A stretch of 44,675 nt of DNA from Dehalococcoidales bacterium (GTDB lineage: Bacteria; Chloroflexota; Dehalococcoidia; Dehalococcoidales; RBG-16-60-22), in contig DATKWF010000009.1 in assembly GCA_035529715.1 (NCBI GenBank), positions 1-44,675 on the forward strand, given 5' to 3'. Shown here piece after piece: positions 8,987 to 16,970 of the stretch. A program made the position numbers and the translations under genes. Below the pieces are notes generated by a model, which was not told the origin of the DNA, searched no databases, and was given only the letters and a program-made list of their open reading frames with translations. Each line of letters begins with the position of its first letter. Position 1 is the first letter of the stretch.

Positions 8987-10468
8987 ATGGCTGGCACCGC
9001 AAAAAACCCTGTAAAAATTACTGATACTACCTTCCGTGATGGACATCAGTCCACCTTAGCCACCCGCGGGCGCACCGAGGATATGGTGGGCATTGCCGAG
9101 GAAATGAACAAGGCTGGCTTCCATTCCATGGAGGTCTGGGGTGGCGCTACCTTTGATGTTGCCACCAGATTTTTAAATGAAGACCCCTGGGATAGGCCCC
9201 GCATTTTGAAAAAATTGATGCCGAATACCCCATTGCAGATGCTGCTTCGGGGACAGAACCTGGTCGGCTATCGCCACTACGCAGACGATGTAGTTACTGC
9301 CTTTGTGCATCATTCCGCTAAATGCGGGATTGATGTCTTCAGAGTGTTTGATGCCTTAAATGATGAACGTAATTTCGAAACCAGCGTCAAGGCGATTAAA
9401 GAAAGTGGCAAGCACGCCCAGCTTTGTATAAGTTATTCTCTCACCGAGCCAAAGATGGGCGGGCCGATATTTAACCTTGATTATTATATCAATAAGGCTC
9501 GTATCCTTCAGGACATGGGCGCTGATAGTATCTGTATAAAAGATATGGCTGGTCTTATCGACCCCGGCGATGCCTATATCCTGGTTAAAGAACTTAAGAA
9601 AGTACTAAAAGTACCTTTGCAGTTGCACTGCCACTTCACCAGTGGCCTGGCGGATATGGCTTATCTCAAGGCTATTGAAGCCGGGGTGGATATTATAGAC
9701 ACTGCTCTGGCTCCTTTTGCCCTACGCTCCTCGCAGCCAGCGTTAGAACCCATTGTGGCTATGCTCAAAGGAACTGACAGAGACACCGGGCTGGACTTGA
9801 ATCATTTGCTCAAGCTGGGAGAATATGTTGAGTCAATAGCTCCCAAGTATAGGGATTACTTAAACCGCACTCGGATGTCGGTTATTGACATTGGTGTGCT
9901 GATCCACCAGATTCCCGGTGGTATGCTATCCAACCTGGTATCCCAGCTACAACAGTCTGGTGCATTGCATCGGATAAACGAAGTGTATGCCGAGATACCG
10001 AAAGTTCGGAAAGACCTGGGTTATCCTCCACTGGTTACACCGACCAGCCAGATAGTCGGCGTCCAGGCTGTTCAGAATGTGCTTGCCGGCAGATATAAGC
10101 TGATATCAACCCAGGTAATGGATTACTGCTACGGACTGTATGGTAAACCGCCGGTACCCATTGACCCTGAAGTACAGAAATTGGTACTCAAGTATTACAA
10201 AGGGGGTCAGACACCGATCACTTGCCGCCCCGCTGATATGATTGAGCCGGAGTTAGATAAAGCAAGGGAAGCCGTCAAAGATTTCAGCCAAGATATTGGT
10301 GATGTGCTCATCGCTGCCATTTATCCCATAACCGGACTGCGCTTCCTGAAGTGGAAGTATGGTCTGGAAACACCACCTGCTGAAGTAAAAGCAAAGACTT
10401 TGGAGGAGGTAAAGGCTGAAGATGAGCTTATTGCTAAAGCAAAGGCTGGTAAGCTAGCTGAGAAGTAG
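8987..10468 (+). CDS. carboxyltransferase of the OadA/PycB/transcarboxylase-5S type, no biotinyl domain
   Basis: ITDTTFRDGHQS, IKDMAG and LHCHFTSG motifs; ends at 493 aa in a Lys/Ala/Glu tail with no biotin attachment (MKM-type) motif. Confidence 0.85.
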   Translation: MAGTAKNPVKITDTTFRDGHQSTLATRGRTEDMVGIAEEMNKAGFHSMEVWGGATFDVATRFLNEDPWDRPRILKKLMPNTPLQMLLRGQNLVGYRHYADDVVTAFVHHSAKCGIDVFRVFDALNDERNFETSVKAIKESGKHAQLCISYSLTEPKMGGPIFNLDYYINKARILQDMGADSICIKDMAGLIDPGDAYILVKELKKVLKVPLQLHCHFTSGLADMAYLKAIEAGVDIIDTALAPFALRSSQPALEPIVAMLKGTDRDTGLDLNHLLKLGEYVESIAPKYRDYLNRTRMSVIDIGVLIHQIPGGMLSNLVSQLQQSGALHRINEVYAEIPKVRKDLGYPPLVTPTSQIVGVQAVQNVLAGRYKLISTQVMDYCYGLYGKPPVPIDPEVQKLVLKYYKGGQTPITCRPADMIEPELDKAREAVKDFSQDIGDVLIAAIYPITGLRFLKWKYGLETPPAEVKAKTLEEVKAEDELIAKAKAGKLAEK

Positions 10469-10511
10469 CAAGAATATGGTGTGTTGGTTGCCGCTCTAAC
10501 GATGGCACAGG

Positions 10512-10539
10512 CTCAAGCTTAAATGCGTTAAGCTTTGAG
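10512..10539 (+). promoter_or_regulatory. intercistronic hairpin
   Basis: CTCAAGCTTAA, loop ATGCG, TTAAGCTTTGAG (8 bp perfect plus 3 bp after a one-base bulge); no T-run, so not a clear terminator. Confidence 0.3.
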
Positions 10540-10667
10540 TAGAACGATTCCTCAATAGGAGGAGGTGAAATCTATCGGAGATAGTGTGCCGACAATGGCA
10601 AAGTGGGTGGAGTTAAGGCAAGAATGTAAAAAGCTCAAGGAAAAAGAGACAAAAAAGGAGGAGCTAA

Positions 10668-11405
10668 ATGAAAGTAGATCCAGAAAAATGCATTGGCTGT
10701 GAGCTATGCGTACCCGTCTGCCCGGTAGGGGCGATTTTAATGGAGGATGATGTTGCCAAAGTCAACGAGGACGAGTGCTGTGAGTGCAGTGCCTGCTACC
10801 GCTCCGAGATTTGCGCGGTAGATGCTCTGGTGGAAACTCCGGCCAAGGATATGCCGTGGCCTCGCGTCATCCGAGCAGTGCTGTCCAACCCCAGAGTTGA
10901 GAGTCCGGACACGCGGGTACCCGGGCGAGGCACTGAGGAAGTCAAGACCAATGAGGTTTCAGGAAGAGTAGGCCCTGGTTTCGCTGGCTTAGCCATTGAG
11001 TTAGGTCGTCCCGGCGTTGGCACCCGTATGTCTGATGTGCAGAAGGTGACCATGGCTATGGCAGAGATGGGAGCAGCTTTTGAAGCCGAGAACCCGGTTA
11101 CTCAATGGATAACCGACCTGAAGACCGGAAAGCTAAGAGACGATATCTTGAACGAGAAGTCGTTATCAGCTATTGTAGAGTGTGGTTTCCCCATTGGCAA
11201 GTTTAAGGCAGCTGTAGAGAGGCTGCGTGAGGTAGTTAAGCAACTGAACACCGTTTGTAGTGTAGTCAGTGCGGTCAAGGTATCGAAAGATGGCTCACTA
11301 GCCACCGACCCGATATTCAAAGAGCTGGGCATCACCCCCAGGCCGAATAGCAAGAACAATGTGGGTTTGGGGCGACCACTGTTTAAGTTCGAGGAGGTAG
11401 AATAA
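10668..11405 (+). CDS. 2x[4Fe-4S] ferredoxin-domain protein with an unassigned ~190-aa C-terminal domain
   Basis: CIGCELCVPVCP and CCECSACYRSEIC in the first 55 aa; AGGAGG 6 nt upstream of the ATG; stop overlaps the next start (TAATG). Confidence 0.8.
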   Translation: MKVDPEKCIGCELCVPVCPVGAILMEDDVAKVNEDECCECSACYRSEICAVDALVETPAKDMPWPRVIRAVLSNPRVESPDTRVPGRGTEEVKTNEVSGRVGPGFAGLAIELGRPGVGTRMSDVQKVTMAMAEMGAAFEAENPVTQWITDLKTGKLRDDILNEKSLSAIVECGFPIGKFKAAVERLREVVKQLNTVCSVVSAVKVSKDGSLATDPIFKELGITPRPNSKNNVGLGRPLFKFEEVE

Positions 11406-12028
11406 TGACACATACTCTTCATCGTCAGGGAACACCAGAAAGCTTGAGCCGCGACTATCCGCTGGTTGCTGTCATGGCTCATGGCTTTAATGATAAGGGA
11501 GGTGGCCCCAAGCTGGGAAGGTTTCTGGAAATCTGTTGGAAACATGGTCCGGTCAACCTGGGTGACATGAAGCAAGGCAGCGTATTTACCTATGATGCCG
11601 CGGATATTTACAATAATGTCTCGGATACCACCATTGTTGAGTGCTGCTTTGACGACCTGAACAAGGTGGAAGCAGTTCTCCGTGACCTGAAAGAGGAGGA
11701 TTTAGGCGTGCCGGTGGTGGTCAGCGGGCTTATTGACAAAGTAGGCGAGTGCTGCAAGAAGGTAGGACTGGAAATTCACACGGTAGCCCAGTCCCTGGGA
11801 GTCTGGGGGAAGACCGAACTCCTGCCCAGCAAAGAGGTGCTGGAGATAACCACCATGTGCGGGCATGCCATGGTAGCTTCTCATCTGGTTGAGAAAATGA
11901 TTGAGGATATAAAGAAGGGCAAAACTACTGCCGAGAAAGCGGCCAAGAAGCTGGCCAAGCCCTGTGAGTGCGGGATATTCAATACTACTCGAGCCACGGA
12001 GCTACTGGACAAAGCAGCTGGCAAATAG
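11405..12028 (+). CDS. conserved Cys-rich hypothetical protein, 207 aa (paralog B, operonic copy)
   Basis: Translationally coupled to the ferredoxin-domain gene; 7 Cys shared with paralog A (positions 44, 80, 116, 117, 152, 187, 189). Confidence 0.8.
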   Translation: MTHTLHRQGTPESLSRDYPLVAVMAHGFNDKGGGPKLGRFLEICWKHGPVNLGDMKQGSVFTYDAADIYNNVSDTTIVECCFDDLNKVEAVLRDLKEEDLGVPVVVSGLIDKVGECCKKVGLEIHTVAQSLGVWGKTELLPSKEVLEITTMCGHAMVASHLVEKMIEDIKKGKTTAEKAAKKLAKPCECGIFNTTRATELLDKAAGK

Positions 12029-12053
12029 AACTGAGCAGAATAGCTAAACGAAG

Positions 12054-12090
12054 AGGCGGAGGATTTATATCCTCCGCCTTCTTTTTATTT
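12054..12090 (+). terminator. rho-independent terminator
   Basis: AGGCGGAGGA, loop TTTATA, TCCTCCGCCT (perfect 10-bp stem), then TCTTTTTATTT. Confidence 0.8.
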
Positions 12091-12124
12091 CCATATGGTA
12101 ATTAAAAGTTTTCTTTGGTGTTAT

Positions 12125-12238
12125 TTACTCGTCCCAGCTATCCATTTCAGTAATTGCCTGGCAGAGGACATTCACCGCACGCTCGGCATTGGTCATGTCG
12201 GCAACTTCATTGAGGGAATGGGTGTATCTCCTGGCTAC
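12125..12238 (-). pseudogene. 3' remnant (last 37 codons plus stop) of an M42 peptidase paralog
   Basis: Minus-strand frame VARRYTHSLNEVADMTNAERAVNVLCQAITEMDSWDE-stop; 101/114 nt identical to 17898..18011; no upstream coding body. Confidence 0.75.
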
Positions 12239-13236
12239 TAAAATAAAAGTTCTTTCCCTCTCTGGACAACCTTCCCATCAAGTTCAATGCATGGTTCCCA
12301 TATCATCAGGTCCTCATGCCCGGCAGCATGTACCTCACCACCCAATGTAATGTTTGAGCCAATACCAATGTGGGCGGTCCCTAACACCCCCTCATCTTCC
12401 AGTACGCTGCCAATTAAGCGGCACTCGGGATTTAGGCCAACGCCGAATTCCGCAATGTTGTAAATATTATCGTCATTCTTCATTGCCAGGTGCTTTCTCA
12501 ATATTTCAGCCTCTTTGCCACCTTCAATTCCAACTATGCGTCCTTTTTCAACATGTATAACAATCGGTTGATTCTTGATTAAAAGCCACCCGGCAACGGC
12601 GGCATCTATGACTATAGTTCCCTCAGCAGTTCCTTCTACTGGAGATATATTGGCTTCCTGACACTGACAGATAGAGTACGTTCCCGGTTCGTGAGCGAAA
12701 CCATGGTAGGCATTAGGCCGGCGCCCTTCAATTTGCGCCGTTATATCGGTTCCTGCTGGAGATGTGTACCTGATTGTCCTGGCCTGACCGAATAGTTTAG
12801 CAAGTTTCTCCACATTACCCCTTACCGCTTCTAGGTCAGCATTTAGTCCGCCGGAGGTAAGGATGTCAAGAGTAAAATTTGCCATGAGACAGTGGCGATT
12901 GCCGGCCTCTCTAGCTTCCAGACGGGCTCGGGTATGGCTTATTGCCATCGTTGTTGGCGAAAAACTAACATCGGAAGCCTTCATGGCAGCTGCTATAGGT
13001 GGTGGGGGTTCCTGACCATTGTAGGCCTGTGGTTCCATAACACATAAGCTGACTATTGCCCCAGCACTAATTGCCTCTGCCATCATCACTTTGGCAACAT
13101 CAATCTTATTGGTATCAGTGACAATGCAAACGTTCTCACCTTCTTTAACGTTCATCAATGTCCTGACGATTTTTCTGGCATTCTTATGGGCCAGCACTTC
13201 CTTCACAACAATACTCCTGGGCTGGTTTTTCCGCAT
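12238..13236 (-). CDS. M29-fold aminopeptidase-like protein (AmpS/PepS/NicX family, short form)
   Basis: 332 aa; C-terminal AHIGIG and GGEVHAAGHEDL resemble M29 metal-site motifs; family call by eye only. Confidence 0.65.
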   Translation of the reverse strand: MRKNQPRSIVVKEVLAHKNARKIVRTLMNVKEGENVCIVTDTNKIDVAKVMMAEAISAGAIVSLCVMEPQAYNGQEPPPPIAAAMKASDVSFSPTTMAISHTRARLEAREAGNRHCLMANFTLDILTSGGLNADLEAVRGNVEKLAKLFGQARTIRYTSPAGTDITAQIEGRRPNAYHGFAHEPGTYSICQCQEANISPVEGTAEGTIVIDAAVAGWLLIKNQPIVIHVEKGRIVGIEGGKEAEILRKHLAMKNDDNIYNIAEFGVGLNPECRLIGSVLEDEGVLGTAHIGIGSNITLGGEVHAAGHEDLMIWEPCIELDGKVVQRGKELLF

Positions 13237-13322
13237 TCGTGATTATGCAGAACAAGTGCCAGCATGATTTGGATGAGATTACTGATGAACTTCAGGCTCT
13301 GGCTATTTGCTGTACGTCTTCC

Positions 13323-13358
13323 TAGTTTCCTGATATAGGAAACTATACAGGAAACTAT
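13323..13358. promoter_or_regulatory. inverted plus direct repeat element
   Basis: TAGTTTCCT, spacer GATAT, AGGAAACTA (9-bp inverted repeat), then AGGAAACTAT repeated again 12 nt later; 87-122 nt upstream of the M29-like gene start. Confidence 0.35.
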
Positions 13359-13387
13359 GTGACTACAGATTAGTTATATTTTACCTT

Positions 13388-14734
13388 TTACCTGCCTACC
13401 ATCTGTGTAGGTAACCAGGTGACTATCTCCGGGAAAAACGCAAACAGTACGAGCCCGATCATTACGAGTCCAACAAATGGAACTGTCCCGCGGATTATGT
13501 CACCCATGCTTATTCCCCACTCAGGCTTACAGGCCCCTTTGGTAACAAATATTCCGCCGGCAACGGGAGGCGTCATGAAAGCCATCTGCAGGTTAACGCA
13601 AACCATTATACCGAACCATACCTGGTCAAATCCTAACTCTTTAGTAACCGGAATCAATATTGGCACCATGAGCAGGATTATCCCTATCCAGTCGATAAAC
13701 ATACCCAGCATGAAGACGATGAACATTATGACTAGGAAGGTGCCCCATTTCCCGCCGGGAACGGCCAGAAGCATTCTGGTCACCACTTCCTGTCCGCCAA
13801 CACCGATGAATACGCTGACAAAGGCAACTGCCATTGCCAGCAGGAGAGCACAATAACCGCTGGTGAAGACGGTGGTAATGGCAGCTTGTTTTATGACTTT
13901 CCATCTAAGGCGGCGGTAGGCAGCTACCAAAACTATAGAAGCAAAAGCACCCACGCCAGCTGCCTCAGAGGGAGCCGCTACACCAAAGAAGATAACCCCC
14001 AGCACTGCCATAATCAGTGCTGCCGTTGGCACCAGTGCCACCAGTAGCTGATATGTTTTGGTGGCGAATGGCACTTGCCTTTCTTCAACCGGCACCGGGG
14101 GCGCTATATCTTTCTGTATGAAACAACGAATGCTAATATAACCGATGTATAGAGTAGAAAGGGTCAGCCCGGGGAACATGGCTCCCATAAATAACTTGCC
14201 CACCGAGACTCCGGCCATCGGCCCATAGAGTATCAACATAATACTGGGCGGAATGAGAATGCCCAGAATGCCACCGGCAGTAACTGCCCCTGCAGCCAAA
14301 CTTTTACTGTAACCTCGCTTCAGCATGGAGGGGAGAGCAACAATCGTCAGCATGGTGATAGAAGCGGCAATCACACCTACAGTAGCCGCAATAATAGTGC
14401 CCAGCAGCACGGTGATTACTGCCAGACCTCCCCTGAAGCCACCGAGCCACACGTATAATACATCGTAAAGCTTTTCCGTTATCCCTGAATATTCCAGCAT
14501 GGTCCCCATAAAAACAAACAGGGGAAGCGCCAGGAGAACATACCCCGATATAAAGCCAAACATTCGCTGGTAAATAAGGTCGCCCACCCCAAAGCCCCAC
14601 ACGGTAAAGCCGACTCCTAAGGCTAAGGTGCCGGTCACGAAACCCAGGGGGAAACCAAACAAAACTAAAAACAGGATTCCACCGAACATAATGATGGTTG
14701 CAATTTCAGGGCTCAGGTCAATCATAGTTCTCAT
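13388..14734 (-). CDS. TRAP transporter large permease DctM
   Basis: 448 aa, about 12 TM, typical DctM architecture; overlaps the dctQ stop. Confidence 0.85.
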   Translation of the reverse strand: MRTMIDLSPEIATIIMFGGILFLVLFGFPLGFVTGTLALGVGFTVWGFGVGDLIYQRMFGFISGYVLLALPLFVFMGTMLEYSGITEKLYDVLYVWLGGFRGGLAVITVLLGTIIAATVGVIAASITMLTIVALPSMLKRGYSKSLAAGAVTAGGILGILIPPSIMLILYGPMAGVSVGKLFMGAMFPGLTLSTLYIGYISIRCFIQKDIAPPVPVEERQVPFATKTYQLLVALVPTAALIMAVLGVIFFGVAAPSEAAGVGAFASIVLVAAYRRLRWKVIKQAAITTVFTSGYCALLLAMAVAFVSVFIGVGGQEVVTRMLLAVPGGKWGTFLVIMFIVFMLGMFIDWIGIILLMVPILIPVTKELGFDQVWFGIMVCVNLQMAFMTPPVAGGIFVTKGACKPEWGISMGDIIRGTVPFVGLVMIGLVLFAFFPEIVTWLPTQMVGR

Positions 14735-15251
14735 TCCTCCTCAGGCGATGTATACCGCGAAGGAACTGTGCGACACCTTGCAGGGTGAAGGCAATAAATC
14801 CAATTGAAACCACTGTTCTCAAAGGACCTGCTGGCGGATACCAGCCGGTTTCCATCATCCTTTCACCGCTTACCCAGGCATCTATCGTCCACGTAACAGA
14901 AACATAAGAAACTAAAATCATTATCGGGAAAAACAATATCATAGACCCAATTACATCAATGAGCCCCATCCATCTAGGCGCCAGGTGGGCATAAATAATA
15001 TCAACTCTGATATGGCGGTCATAGCGATAGGTATATGATAGGCCAAGGATATATAATGAACTGCCTAGCATTATGGCGACTTCGTATGGCCATAAGTTAG
15101 GCTTGCTAAAGATGTATCGCAAGATGACTCCATAAGTCACCACCAGGACCAGCGCTATCGCCAGCCAGCGTCCCCAGCCTCCTACCTGCTCACTGATGGA
15201 ATCAATTACACGGACTACTCTTCTCATTGACTCCCTTTCTTGATTTGTCAA
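14718..15251 (-). CDS. TRAP transporter small permease DctQ
   Basis: 177 aa, 4 TM, between the DctP-like and DctM genes. Confidence 0.7.
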   Translation of the reverse strand: MTNQERESMRRVVRVIDSISEQVGGWGRWLAIALVLVVTYGVILRYIFSKPNLWPYEVAIMLGSSLYILGLSYTYRYDRHIRVDIIYAHLAPRWMGLIDVIGSMILFFPIMILVSYVSVTWTIDAWVSGERMMETGWYPPAGPLRTVVSIGFIAFTLQGVAQFLRGIHRLRRNENYD

Positions 15252-15254
15252 ACG

Positions 15255-15296
15255 GCATCCCCTACCCCCTAAATATTTTTAAAAGGTAGGGGATGC
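15255..15296 (-). promoter_or_regulatory. intercistronic stem-loop between the binding-protein and permease genes
   Basis: GCATCCCCTACC (15255..15266) pairs perfectly with GGTAGGGGATGC (15285..15296); 12-bp stem, 18-nt AT-rich loop, no T-run. Confidence 0.6.
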
Positions 15297-15308
15297 TCAT
15301 TTTATCGC

Positions 15309-16475
15309 TTATAGCCGTGGGAATGAGGACTTAAAAGCGTCTCTCCAGTCTTCCAGAGACTTTAGTACCTTGGCAAAGAAGGGATCCTTAGCAGCCATCT
15401 CTGAATAGTATTCGCCGGCTGCTGCTACCAGTGCATCCTCCACTGATGGATCCATGGGTAATACCTTTACCCCCTGTGCCTCCCAGTCCGGGGTTATCTG
15501 AGTAGCCTTGTATGCCCATTCACCATAGTGCCTTATCCCCTCTGCCCAGTAAACCTCCTCAACTATGGCTTTCAGGTCGTCAGGCAGTGCTGCCCAGGAG
15601 TCACCATTGACGTAGTAGCAAAAAACATCGGTGGGCTGGCGGATTCCGGACATATAGGCATAATCAACAACCTCGTAGAAAGCCATCGACCAGTCTAATG
15701 CCAGGTTACCATGCTGGAAACCATCAATTACGCCTCGCTGCATGGCCTCGTAGATTTCACCACTGGGCGTAGCGATAGCGGAAACACCCAGCTTGGCGAA
15801 AATTGAAGCCTCATCACCAAGGAGACGATATTTCTTTCCCTTGAGGTCTGCCGGGCTGGTTATCGGGCCAGAAGTATATAGGAATACTTCCGGCACCTCG
15901 CCATCGACAGCTATTGGTACAACATTGTAGTTCTTGGAAGCAAACATCTCCTTTGCCAGATCCATCCCAGGACCGACCATGAACCAGAAATAGTACTCTC
16001 CTGCCGTCGGACCGGCAACCATCTTGTTGAACATGGGACCGGTCGGAAACACGGATGCCCAGTTACCAGGAGAGCTGTGGGCAGCATCCAGTGTGCCTTT
16101 ATTTAAAGCATCAATTTCCGTATCTGCGGGAACGATTGAGTCGCCCGGATGGCTCTCAATTATCAGGCGCCCGCCGCTGGCTTCAGCAATCTTATCATTC
16201 GCTCTCTTTAAAGACAGGAAAGATGACACGGAACTGGGATTCTCATCCTGACTAAGCCACTTGATTACCTCTACTTCAGGAGCTGGGGTTGGTGCCGGCG
16301 CTGGCGCTGGTGCTGGGGCTGGTGCCGGTGCTGGAGCTGGTGCCGGAGCTGGTGCCGGAGCTGGTGCCGGGGCTGGTGCTGGAGCTGGTGCCGGTGTCGG
16401 AGCAGCACAACCAACAATAGCTATACTTCCCATCAGCACAACTGCCATTAAGCATAATAGTATTTTCTTTTTCAC
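15309..16475 (-). CDS. TRAP-type (DctP-like) solute-binding lipoprotein with a long Ala-Pro linker
   Basis: Signal peptide plus lipobox-like IVGC, 43-residue A/P/T linker, then a DctP-like domain; heads the P-Q-M operon. Confidence 0.8.
   Translation of the reverse strand: MKKKILLCLMAVVLMGSIAIVGCAAPTPAPAPAPAPAPAPAPAPAPAPAPAPAPAPAPAPAPTPAPEVEVIKWLSQDENPSSVSSFLSLKRANDKIAEASGGRLIIESHPGDSIVPADTEIDALNKGTLDAAHSSPGNWASVFPTGPMFNKMVAGPTAGEYYFWFMVGPGMDLAKEMFASKNYNVVPIAVDGEVPEVFLYTSGPITSPADLKGKKYRLLGDEASIFAKLGVSAIATPSGEIYEAMQRGVIDGFQHGNLALDWSMAFYEVVDYAYMSGIRQPTDVFCYYVNGDSWAALPDDLKAIVEEVYWAEGIRHYGEWAYKATQITPDWEAQGVKVLPMDPSVEDALVAAAGEYYSEMAAKDPFFAKVLKSLEDWRDAFKSSFPRL
16278..16406 (-). repeat. hexanucleotide-periodic tract encoding AAPTP-(AP)17-TPAP
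   Basis: Plus strand reads GCTGGT/GCCGGN units; uninterrupted (Ala-Pro)17 core at 16290..16391. Confidence 0.95.
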
Positions 16476-16970
16476 TAGTTTTCCTCCGTGTTATTAGTAA
16501 GTAAAATTTATAACCACAACCAACCACTAAATCACATTTGCGATAGTACCACCTCCTTGCTTACAATAATATAACTTATAATATAGCTTAACTGAAATAT
16601 GATACCAACTCAAATTCAATCTTGTCAAGTTTGGCCTCTTTCTCATCGGGGCCCCAGAAACAAGGCCTAACATCCACTTCATTATTAGGAACAAGGTAAG
16701 CTGTCATTACGCATATACAGACCATTCCCTTAAGGGACCATCTAGAAACTTGACGTGTTAGAAGTAGCAATGCTATGATTTTTAATTAGATGGGTTCAAA
16801 CCAGTTGCCGGGTAACTCCAATTGAAATGTGCCGCACTTAAGTTCCCCCCAGGAGGCGTAATGTTTACTGTTTATCTTACGTTGCGCAGATGTGCTTTTT
16901 TCCGCTCGAGTAGCTAGAGAGTTACTCCTGGTGACCAGTAGAAAATAAAAATAAAGCAGGGAGGTTTCAT

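Noticed and set aside
10565-10702. 45-codon ORF (or 35 codons from the ATG at 10595) in the carboxyltransferase / ferredoxin-gene spacer, following an AGGAGGAGG run
   Set aside because: The SD-like run overlaps the GTG with no spacing; the ORF runs out of frame into the ferredoxin-domain gene; the highly charged low-complexity product has no support
16261-16497. Plus-strand ORF encoding a (Gly-Ala)n peptide
   Set aside because: It is the reverse-complement reading of the Ala-Pro linker tract of the TRAP binding protein
16533-16545. 12-mer ACATTTGCGATA shared with 18375..18386, and a single TGTCAAAC half-site at 15246..15253 matching the 8715 palindrome
   Set aside because: Matches of this length are expected by chance many times in a 44.7-kb window on two strands
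16588-16770. 60-aa minus-strand ORF in the 495-bp dctP / M42 divergent spacer
   Set aside because: No RBS, no recognisable motif, and I found no paralog in the window. It could be a decayed fragment, but I cannot support any call
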